This document shows positions 9,110 through 16,137 of a stretch of 18,822 bases of DNA, piece after piece. Under the pieces are notes generated by a model. The model was given only the letters and a program-made list of their open reading frames with translations. It did no database searches and was not told where the DNA came from. The stretch is from Candidatus Eiseniibacteriota bacterium. GTDB taxonomy: Bacteria; Eisenbacteria; RBG-16-71-46. The stretch's first letter is position 1. Each line of letters begins with the position of its first letter. The position numbers and the translations under genes were made by a program. The stretch lies in assembly GCA_031364845.1 (NCBI GenBank), contig JANLWX010000118.1, forward strand, positions 1 through 18,822, given 5' to 3'.

Positions 9110-10495
9110 ATGCGTCGCACTGGCCTTGCGTGTTGGATCTGCCTGCTTGCCGGGTGCGCCGGCGACACGGCTCCGGCACGCCATGCCCGCGACCTTCCTT
9201 CAGGCACGTGGAGCGGGAGCGCCCTGTTCCAAGACTCGCGGCTGGAATTCAGCGTACGCTTGTATCATCAAGGCACTGCCCTCCGGGGGACCATGAGCAG
9301 CCCGGATCTTCTGCTCCTGGACCAGCCACTCGCCGGGGTGCAGAGCGACGGTCGTCATGTACGCTTCGCCACGACGGACGAGTATCCGTTGCGATTCGAT
9401 GGCGTGGTGGACGGCGACTCCATCCGTGGGGCCGCTGCCGTTCGCGTTGTGCCCGGCGTCGTGGGCGCAGGCCAGACTGCGCTGACGCTCCGATTTACTC
9501 TGGGACGTGAGGCGGTGCCCGCCGCGCCCCCGTACGAGACCCGAGAACTCCACTTTGCGAGTGGCGCGGCCCGTCTCGCGGCGACCGCATTCGTTCCCTC
9601 TCGACATGAGGGCGACCTCCCAGGAGTTGTCGTCTTGCAAGGCTCGTCGTCCAATCTGCGCCGGGAATACCTCTTCTACGCCGACCATTTCGCACGCGCT
9701 GGAATCGCCGTGCTCACGTTCGACAAACGTGGCAAGGGCGAGTCCACGGGCGACTATGGCGCTGCAACGTACGATGTCCTCGCTGGCGACGCCGCCGCGG
9801 CGGTGGAATGCCTACGGCGACAACCCGGCGTGGACCGGCGGCGCGTGGGCGTGTGGGGCTTGAGTCAGGGCGGGTTCATCGCTCCGCTCATTGCCGCACG
9901 CGTCCCGTCAATTCGCTTTGTCGTCGCGGTGTCCGCACCCGGTATGCCGATCGGCGAGACCGCGACGTATCAGGACAGCATGCGGTTGACCTCTGCCGGG
10001 TTCGACTCGGCAGAGGTGCAACGCGCGGTGTCACTCGACCGGCGCCTGTTTGAGTGGCTACGCACCGGGCAGGACCAGACCGAGTTGGCTGCCATGGTCG
10101 CGAAAGCGGCAGACGCGCCCTGGCGCCGAGCAAGCTCGCTGCCGGCGCGGCTCCCATCAGGCGCCGCGCTCGACGGCTGGTACTGGCGCGGGCGCACTCT
10201 CGATCCCACACGCGGGTGGCGCGAGCTGAGTGTCCCCGTGCTCGTCGTGTACGGCGCTGCGGACGAGCTGATCCCGGCAGCGCTCAGTGCGAGATTGGTC
10301 GAGCGGGCGCTGCACGACAGCGGCAATCGTGACGTCACGGTCCGCGTGTTCCCCGCAGCGAACCATGTACTCCGCATGCTCCCGCTGGTCGGGGGCGGCA
10401 AATGGGACTGGCCTCGCGTGGCGCCGGGTTACTTGGAGCTGGTGACGGGCTGGATCCTCGAGCACTCCCAATCGACCGTGGCCCCGCCCCGCTGA
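9110..10495 (+). CDS. Lipoprotein alpha/beta-fold serine hydrolase (peptidase S9-like)
   Basis: The likely start is ATG 9110, because the ORF-track start at 8663 overlaps the Kelch gene. MRRTGLACWICLLAGC ends in lipobox LAGC. Motifs FDKRGKGESTG, nucleophile elbow GLSQGG, acid YGAADELI and His FPAANH. Confidence 0.9.
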   Translation: MRRTGLACWICLLAGCAGDTAPARHARDLPSGTWSGSALFQDSRLEFSVRLYHQGTALRGTMSSPDLLLLDQPLAGVQSDGRHVRFATTDEYPLRFDGVVDGDSIRGAAAVRVVPGVVGAGQTALTLRFTLGREAVPAAPPYETRELHFASGAARLAATAFVPSRHEGDLPGVVVLQGSSSNLRREYLFYADHFARAGIAVLTFDKRGKGESTGDYGAATYDVLAGDAAAAVECLRRQPGVDRRRVGVWGLSQGGFIAPLIAARVPSIRFVVAVSAPGMPIGETATYQDSMRLTSAGFDSAEVQRAVSLDRRLFEWLRTGQDQTELAAMVAKAADAPWRRASSLPARLPSGAALDGWYWRGRTLDPTRGWRELSVPVLVVYGAADELIPAALSARLVERALHDSGNRDVTVRVFPAANHVLRMLPLVGGGKWDWPRVAPGYLELVTGWILEHSQSTVAPPR

Positions 10496-10541
10496 TCGTC
10501 CGATCGATCGGGCGAAACCAAGAAGTCAGCCGAAGTATCGT

Positions 10542-10573
10542 GATTCGAACCCCGGTCTGATGGCTGAGAACCA
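10542..10573 (-). repeat. 32-bp exact direct repeat of tRNA-Glu (anticodon stem-loop to T-loop); probable att site
   Basis: GATTCGAACCCCGGTCTGATGGCTGAGAACCA at 10542-10573 is identical to 11743-11774 inside tRNA-Glu, in the same orientation. Confidence 0.9.
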
Positions 10574-10838
10574 CGATCGATATGTTTCGCCGGTGATTCC
10601 TAAGCCCCATCCGAGAAACGATTTTCAAAGCTAATTCCGATCCGCCTTAGTCAAGACCCAAGTCCCATTCAGCTCGTGGGCAACGAAAGGCGAGTTGGGC
10701 GAGAACACTTCCTTGAGCTCGGGGCGGGGCATTCTAGAGCGCGGCGTGTCGGCTGCGGCGGCTTTCGCCGGCAGGCGTTTCATCCAGTCGAGAAAACACA
10801 TGGTCACTGCTTCGAAGGTGAAGAAATGTACACACGCA

Positions 10839-11645
10839 TCAGACCCACAGCAGAGCTTTCAAACGCTCCATTGCGTTCACCATTCCCCGGATCTGTCTCT
10901 CGCGCTCGTCTCGAAGCAATTCAACGAGCTCGGGGCTGACCTCGTCCGTGTCGCGCTCCCGCTCGTTACAGATCGCCAAGATTCGATCGAGGCGCTCGCG
11001 TCCGCCACTTTCCGCCGGCCAAGTCCATGTGCCGAGATCGCTCCGTGCGGAGAATAGCTTCCAAACCCACGTCCGGGCCGTCAAAGGATGGATGGCTGCT
11101 GTTAAGATTGTCGTGCACTCGTCGGAGACTTCATGCGGAACCCTTCGCAGCTGCGCTTCCACCACTTCCTGATTCGACGCGCGTATTGGGATCGGGATGG
11201 CGATCGGTCCAACTTTCATACAATAGGCGAGGTATCCGAACTCCTGGTGATATGTTTCTGTGCGCATCGTGGAGTAATGCAACAGCTGCTCTTTGTCCCG
11301 ATAGGGTCGGAATCGCCGTCGATCTCCCGAACGCGGTGGCATGTCCTCCATCATGACGCATGGATTAATAAGAAACGTGAACTCGACACCTGGAGAGACC
11401 AAAGGAAGATGCTTGTACCAACTGTGAGCTTTGCTCACATATTCGGCAAACATCTGCATGTGATCCGACTCGAGGGGCGGTAGGTCACGGACGACGCGTC
11501 GGTACTCGGCCAGTGACAGCGCACCCGTCGAGGCGCTGGCTGTCTCTGGTCCAGGCGTGAACGGCACGCCGTGGGTCAGGGCACGATCGAGGAGATCGTC
11601 GGCAGTCGATCGACCGAGCAACCTACTGGCATATGAGCGCGCCAT
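10839..11645 (-). CDS. Hypothetical protein (268 aa), islet cargo
   Basis: Long ORF with globular-protein composition, ATG start and GAGGT Shine-Dalgarno at 11659-11655. Contains motif-like stretches AHSWYKHLP and HYSTMRTETYHQEFGYL. No family recognised. Confidence 0.8.
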   Translation of the reverse strand: MARSYASRLLGRSTADDLLDRALTHGVPFTPGPETASASTGALSLAEYRRVVRDLPPLESDHMQMFAEYVSKAHSWYKHLPLVSPGVEFTFLINPCVMMEDMPPRSGDRRRFRPYRDKEQLLHYSTMRTETYHQEFGYLAYCMKVGPIAIPIPIRASNQEVVEAQLRRVPHEVSDECTTILTAAIHPLTARTWVWKLFSARSDLGTWTWPAESGGRERLDRILAICNERERDTDEVSPELVELLRDERERQIRGMVNAMERLKALLWV

Positions 11646-11727
11646 CCTAAGAGCACCTCATCCTCAGCCAGGTGACGCTCCGGACGCGCAATCGCGAAGT
11701 TAGGCGCGGAAGACGCGTAGGCTGGGT

Positions 11728-11803
11728 TGGTAGCGCTACGGGGATTCGAACCCCGGTCTGATGGCTGAGAACCATCTGTCCTAGACCCCTAGACGATAGC
11801 GCC
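11728..11803 (-). tRNA. tRNA-Glu (anticodon CTC), CCA encoded
   Basis: GGCGCTA-TC-GTCTAGGGGTCTAGGAC-A-GATGG-TTCTCAG-CCATC-AGAC-CGGGG-TTCGAAT-CCCCG-TAGCGCT-A-CCA: complete 76-nt cloverleaf. Confidence 0.97.
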
Positions 11804-11841
11804 ACATGTTCGGGCGGTTGGGCCGCGCCGAAGCGGCGGGC

Positions 11842-11871
11842 ACCGTATCCGACCGGCCCTGAGACGGTCAA
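11842..11871 (-). promoter_or_regulatory. Putative sigma70 promoter of tRNA-Glu
   Basis: TTGACC (11871-11866), N18, TACGGT (11847-11842), followed by a GC-rich discriminator, 38 nt upstream of the tRNA. Confidence 0.55.
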
Positions 11872-11902
11872 GCCGCAGCGGTCCAACAGACCGGGCGCCG
11901 CG

Positions 11903-13591
11903 TCACCGGACCACGACCACCTTCGCCGTGGCCTGCAGCACGCCGCTCGCGACGCGCACGAGGTACAGCCCCGGCGCCACCGCAGTGCCGGACGCCACAT
12001 CGAACCGATGCCGCCCGGCACCGAGGCTGCTCATCTCACGCACCGCAACGCGGCGACCGGAGATGTCGAGCAACTCGAGCGTCGCCGCCCCCGCCGCCGG
12101 CAGCGTGAACGAAACCCACACGCCGCTGCGCGCAGGATTCGGCGCGACCGAAACACTCCCCCACTCCGCGCGCTGGGGTTCGACGCCGGTCGTCACGTTG
12201 CCGTAGCCGAACCACATCGCGTGGCCTTCGGCGGAATCGGGGTTGGTGTGGTGAATCGCGCCGATCAGGACCTCGCCCAGGAAATCGAGGTTGATGTCGA
12301 TGCCGCCCACAGCAGCACCGAAGCCGGCTCCGGCCTGATTGCCATCCAAGACCGCACCGAGCATCGGCGGCGGAAGGCTGAGCGCCGTGGGCACGGCTTC
12401 GATCCCGAAGTACACGTATGCGCGCCCCGCGCGTTGGTAGGCTCCGGAATAGCCGACCGCGCCGGCGATGAGATCCGTGAAGCCGTCGTCGTTCAGGTCG
12501 GCTCCGTCCGCGACCGAGCGTCCGAACCCGCACTCTTCCTGGCCACCAGTGAGCTTCCACGCGGGAGCGGACATCGCGCCGGTCTCGGATCCGAGGTACA
12601 CCAGCACAGCACCTTCGTCGCGCGCCCGCGCGCTCAAGCCCGGGGCGCCTACCGCGAGGTCGCCGTAGCCGTCGGCGTTCATGTCTTCGAGACCGGCGAC
12701 GGCGGTGCCGAAACGCGCGCCGCGACGGCCTCCGAGCGCGGTCCAGGCCGGACTGTTCGCAACGCCGGAGGGCCCGCCCAGATAGATCGCGACCCGCCCT
12801 TCGTCGGGCCATGTTCCCTTGAAGTATGGCGCGCCTACGGCGACGTCGTACTCGAAGTCGCCGTCGACATCGCAGAACGAGACGGCGCGTCCGAACTGGG
12901 CTTCAGCCTGGTTGCTCTCGGCAGTCCATCCGGGACTGCTGCCGAGATCGGCATCCTTCCCGAAGAACACCATCGCGCGCCCCTCTCGGGTCTGGCCGTT
13001 CGTGTACTGCGGGGCGCCGACGAGCAGGTCGTTGAAGCCGTCGAAATCGATGTCGCCGAAGTGGCCGAGCGAGGTGCCGAACAGCGCGCCGGCCTGGCCG
13101 CCTTCGCGAATGTAGGTCGCGGTCGCGGGGAGTCCGAGGTCGGATCCCGCGTACACGAATACGGCGCCTTCATCGGTCTGGCCATTCTCGTAGAGCGGCG
13201 CGCCGACTGCGATGTCGTCGTAGCCATCACCGTCGACGTCACCGAGTCCCGCGATCGCGGAGCCGTACAGGGCCCCGGCCTGATTGATCTCGCCGATCCA
13301 TCCGGGACTCGCCGACGGTCCCGAGGCGGTGCCGTAGTACAGATAGACGCGGCCCTCATCGATCTGGCCGTTCTCGTCGTAAGGCGCTCCCACCAGCACG
13401 TCGATGAAGTTGTCGCCGTTCACGTCGCCTGCCGAGACGACCACGGAACCGAAGTGGGCGCCGACGTGGTCGGGCTCGACGTTCCATCGATTGACGAACG
13501 CGGCGTCAGCGGGCGCACTCACGACCGTCGCGAGCAGCACGGCGCGCAATGCCCTCGACGCAATCCTCACCAACACGGGTCTAAGGATCAC
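11903..13591 (-). CDS. Secreted FG-GAP (integrin alpha-like) seven-bladed beta-propeller protein with C-terminal T9SS-type-A-like domain
   Basis: Signal peptide ending ...VVSAPADA. Seven FG...GAP repeats with DxD/NxDG Ca2+ loops (e.g. FGSVVVSAGDVNGDNFIDVLVGAP). C-terminal APNPAR...LLDISGRRV...APGLYLVRV...KVVVVR. The exact start is uncertain (GTG at 13591, 13576 or 13570). Confidence 0.9.
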   Translation of the reverse strand: MILRPVLVRIASRALRAVLLATVVSAPADAAFVNRWNVEPDHVGAHFGSVVVSAGDVNGDNFIDVLVGAPYDENGQIDEGRVYLYYGTASGPSASPGWIGEINQAGALYGSAIAGLGDVDGDGYDDIAVGAPLYENGQTDEGAVFVYAGSDLGLPATATYIREGGQAGALFGTSLGHFGDIDFDGFNDLLVGAPQYTNGQTREGRAMVFFGKDADLGSSPGWTAESNQAEAQFGRAVSFCDVDGDFEYDVAVGAPYFKGTWPDEGRVAIYLGGPSGVANSPAWTALGGRRGARFGTAVAGLEDMNADGYGDLAVGAPGLSARARDEGAVLVYLGSETGAMSAPAWKLTGGQEECGFGRSVADGADLNDDGFTDLIAGAVGYSGAYQRAGRAYVYFGIEAVPTALSLPPPMLGAVLDGNQAGAGFGAAVGGIDINLDFLGEVLIGAIHHTNPDSAEGHAMWFGYGNVTTGVEPQRAEWGSVSVAPNPARSGVWVSFTLPAAGAATLELLDISGRRVAVREMSSLGAGRHRFDVASGTAVAPGLYLVRVASGVLQATAKVVVVR

Positions 13592-14216
13592 TGGTCATCG
13601 TCCCGCCCGGGCCGCCTCCGGTCACCGAAGTATTGGTCGCCTTGCTCGGGCGCTTGAACAGCACGCCTGCGCCGAGCACCGGCGCGGCACTCGAGGGCCC
13701 GCTGCCGAACCACGTGCTGCGCACGGCATCCAGAATCGCGCGATCGCTCGACCCCGCGACGACGCGCACGAACCAGCACACATCGACGGGTTCGTTGGGC
13801 AGCACACAGCTCGACGGTGCACCGCCCATCGCTCCGCTCCAGATGCCGCCCGCGGGTGCCGAGGGTTGCGTGCGGAAGGCGGTGGCGACGGCGGCGTTCG
13901 GACGCAGCTTGGGGAAGCCCGGCCACATCACCTGCGTTGCGGGGATCACGACCAGCGCGCTGTCGGCTCCGGTGATCACGAGCGAGTCGGGGGTGCGCAT
14001 CGCGAGCGCGGTGTAGGTGGTGGATCCGGGGGGCACGGTCGCGGTCGTGTAGCGCACGAGCCGAAGGCGCGCGCGCCATTGCGGGGCGTCGCGGTCGAGC
14101 CACTTGATCTCGACGGTCAGGGAATCCGTTGGCGGGCGCACGGTGGCCCTGGCGCTCGGCGCCATGAGCAACGTGAGTGCGATCAGGAGGATCCCGCAGG
14201 GTACGAAGCCGCGCAT
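13581..14216 (-). CDS. Hypothetical secreted protein (211 aa)
   Basis: Within ORF 13581..14339, ATG 14216 begins a clear signal peptide MRGFVPCGILLIALTLLMAPSARA. The stop overlaps or abuts the FG-GAP gene start, suggesting an operon. Confidence 0.7.
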   Translation of the reverse strand: MRGFVPCGILLIALTLLMAPSARATVRPPTDSLTVEIKWLDRDAPQWRARLRLVRYTTATVPPGSTTYTALAMRTPDSLVITGADSALVVIPATQVMWPGFPKLRPNAAVATAFRTQPSAPAGGIWSGAMGGAPSSCVLPNEPVDVCWFVRVVAGSSDRAILDAVRSTWFGSGPSSAAPVLGAGVLFKRPSKATNTSVTGGGPGGTMTSDP

Positions 14217-14387
14217 GGTGTCTTTCGAGAAGGTGTTCGGCCGATTACCGTGGAAACCGCTGGAAGTGCGGGAGCCGCAAGAAGCCGACACGAGTGTATC
14301 GCACTCGGTGAGGGCGAATCGAGCACGGACCGCGTGCACGTGGCTCGATCATCGAGCGCGTCCGCGAACACAGGAGCGCTCGGAAAG

Positions 14388-14461
14388 TGGCTGCCCGGCA
14401 AGGATTCGAACCTCGACTAACTGGTCCAGAGCCAGTCGTGCTACCGTTACACCACCGGGCA
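14388..14461 (-). tRNA. tRNA-Gln (anticodon CTG), CCA encoded
   Basis: TGCCCGG-TG-GTGTAACGGTAGCAC-G-ACTGG-CTCTGGA-CCAGT-TAGT-CGAGG-TTCGAAT-CCTTG-CCGGGCA-G-CCA: 74 nt, with the U1-A72 pair typical of bacterial tRNA-Gln. Confidence 0.97.
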
Positions 14462-14476
14462 GCGAAGCGGCGCGAG

Positions 14477-14505
14477 AAACTATCAGAGGCCCGGCCGATC
14501 CTCAA
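14477..14505 (-). promoter_or_regulatory. Putative sigma70 promoter of tRNA-Gln
   Basis: TTGAGG (14505-14500), N17, TAGTTT (14482-14477), with an extended -10 TG and a GC-rich discriminator. Confidence 0.6.
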
Positions 14506-14583
14506 GAGAGCTGGGGCCCTGCGCCTCGGACCCGCTGAATTCGCGGCTATTCTGCTTCGAGCGCCATCGCGCGCATCCCCCGT

Positions 14584-16053
14584 TCAGACCCCGGCCCGCG
14601 GCGCATCCATCCGCCATCGGGCGGCCGCATCCCGAAGCCTCTGCACGGCAGCCTTCCGGCCGAGCAGCCACACGACCTCGAAGATCCCGGGGCTCACCTT
14701 GCGCCCGGTGAGCGCGATCCGGGCCATTCCGATCAACTCTCCCGCCTTGAGGCCGCGCTCCGCCGCGAGCGCGCGGGTCTCGCGCTCGAGGTCCACGATC
14801 GCGAACTCCGCGAGCACTTCGAAGCGCGCGGCGAGCGCTTCGAGATGCTCGGCCGCCTGCAGCTTCTCGCGCAGCTCGGCCCATGCCGCCTCGTCGAATT
14901 CGAACGACGGATCGAGCACGAACGCGCCGTGGCGCTCGACGTCGGCGAGCGTCTTCAGCCGGTCGCCGATCGCGCGCACCAGCGTGGCGATCCACTCGGG
15001 GTCGCGCATCGAGAGGTCGTGGCCGCGCGCATTCAGAAACTCTCGCACTCGCGCGATGCGATCGGCTTCGTCGAGGCGCTTCAGATGCTGCGCGTTCACC
15101 CAGTCGAGCTTCTCGGTATTGAACACCGACGGGTTGCCCCCGACGCGTTCGAGCCGGAACCTCTCGCGGAGTTCGTCCAGCGTGAACAGCTCGGTCTTGC
15201 CGTCGAACGACCAGCCGAGCAGCGCGAGAAAATTGTCGAGCGCCTCGGGCAGATACCCGGCTTCCCGATACTGCGCGGCGGAGGTCGCCCCGTGACGCTT
15301 CGAGAGTCGCGTTCCATCGGCGCCGAGGATCATCGGCACGTGCGCGAAGCGCGGCGGGGTCCAGCCGAGCGCGGCGTACAGCAGCAACTGACGCGGCGTG
15401 TTCGAGATGTGATCGTCGCCGCGGATCACGTCGGAGATTTCCATCAGGTGATCGTCGACGACGCAGGCGAAGTTGTAGGTCGGCCAACCGTCGGAGCGGA
15501 CGATCACGAAGTCGTCGAGCACGTCGTTGCGAAACGCGATCCGATCGCGCACGACATCGTCCCATGCGGTCTCGCCTTCAGGATCGAGCGCGAAGCGAAT
15601 TGCGTGCGGGCGTTCGGCTTCGAATGCGCGGCGCGCGGCATCATCCAACCCGCGGCACTTGCCGTCGTAGCGTGGCGCCTCGCCGCGCTCGGCCATCTGT
15701 ACCCGGCGCGCCTCGATCTCCTCGGGCAGGCAGTAGCAGCGGTATGCGTGACCGCTCTCGATCAGCGCATCCGCATGTTCTTGGTAGAGGTGCCCGCGCT
15801 GCGATTGAAAGTACGGCGCGTGCGGCCCCTCGACGCCCGGGCCTTCGTCCCACGTGAGCCCCAGCCAGTTCATGCTGTCGAGGATCGCGGCGAGCGACTC
15901 CTCCGTCGAACGCGCGACGTCGGTGTCCTCGATCCGCAGGATGAACGTGCCGCCTTTGCCGCGCGCGTGGAGCCAGTTGTAGAGCGCAGTACGCGCGCCA
16001 CCGACGTGCAGATAGCCGGTGGGACTCGGGGCAAAACGAACGCGAACGCTCAC
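14584..16053 (-). CDS. gltX: Glutamate--tRNA ligase
   Basis: VRVRFAPSPTGYLHVGGARTALYN (HIGH motif), FILRIEDTD, VIRGDDH, RLSKR (KMSKS motif), and an anticodon-binding domain ending RIALTGRKVSPGIF. Start reassigned to GTG 16053, with GGAGAGG at 16064-16058. Confidence 0.97.
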   Translation of the reverse strand: MSVRVRFAPSPTGYLHVGGARTALYNWLHARGKGGTFILRIEDTDVARSTEESLAAILDSMNWLGLTWDEGPGVEGPHAPYFQSQRGHLYQEHADALIESGHAYRCYCLPEEIEARRVQMAERGEAPRYDGKCRGLDDAARRAFEAERPHAIRFALDPEGETAWDDVVRDRIAFRNDVLDDFVIVRSDGWPTYNFACVVDDHLMEISDVIRGDDHISNTPRQLLLYAALGWTPPRFAHVPMILGADGTRLSKRHGATSAAQYREAGYLPEALDNFLALLGWSFDGKTELFTLDELRERFRLERVGGNPSVFNTEKLDWVNAQHLKRLDEADRIARVREFLNARGHDLSMRDPEWIATLVRAIGDRLKTLADVERHGAFVLDPSFEFDEAAWAELREKLQAAEHLEALAARFEVLAEFAIVDLERETRALAAERGLKAGELIGMARIALTGRKVSPGIFEVVWLLGRKAAVQRLRDAAARWRMDAPRAGV

Positions 16054-16077
16054 GGAACCTCTCCAAGAAGGACGATG

Positions 16078-16120
16078 ACAAACCACGGGCGTCAGTGCCG
16101 GCAAGAACACTGACGCCCGT
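16078..16120 (-). terminator. Perfect 13-bp hairpin after the large secreted gene; probable intrinsic terminator or mRNA stabiliser
   Basis: ACGGGCGTCAGTG (16085-16097) and CACTGACGCCCGT (16108-16120) with a 10-nt loop, followed on the minus strand by GGTTTGT (weak U-tract). Confidence 0.6.
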
Positions 16121-16137
16121 AAAGGTACTGGAGAAGT

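Larger units (their letters stand above)
10542..11774. mobile_element. Small integrase-less genomic islet / island remnant at tRNA-Glu(CTC)
   Basis: Bounded by the 32-bp tRNA-derived direct repeats. The interior is lower in GC (11221-11280 is 30/60 GC versus 43/60 at 11881-11940). It holds one intact hypothetical gene and no integrase. Confidence 0.65.

Noticed and set aside
10511..10591. 8-bp inverted repeat GGCGAAAC/GTTTCGCC flanking the tRNA fragment as integrase arm sites
   Set aside because: Too short, and not repeated near the intact tRNA end; cannot be distinguished from chance.
10520..10600. A second functional tRNA-Glu gene
   Set aside because: Only 32 nt match; there is no D-arm, acceptor stem or CCA.
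11804..11902. att duplication of tRNA-Gln delimiting the FG-GAP operon as an island
   Set aside because: No tRNA-Gln-derived sequence found here.
14940..14985. Calling GluRS discriminating or non-discriminating from the Arg in AIGDRLKTL (apparent T. thermophilus R358 equivalent)
   Set aside because: Arg at this position also occurs in non-discriminating enzymes. It needs a genome search for glnS and gatCAB.
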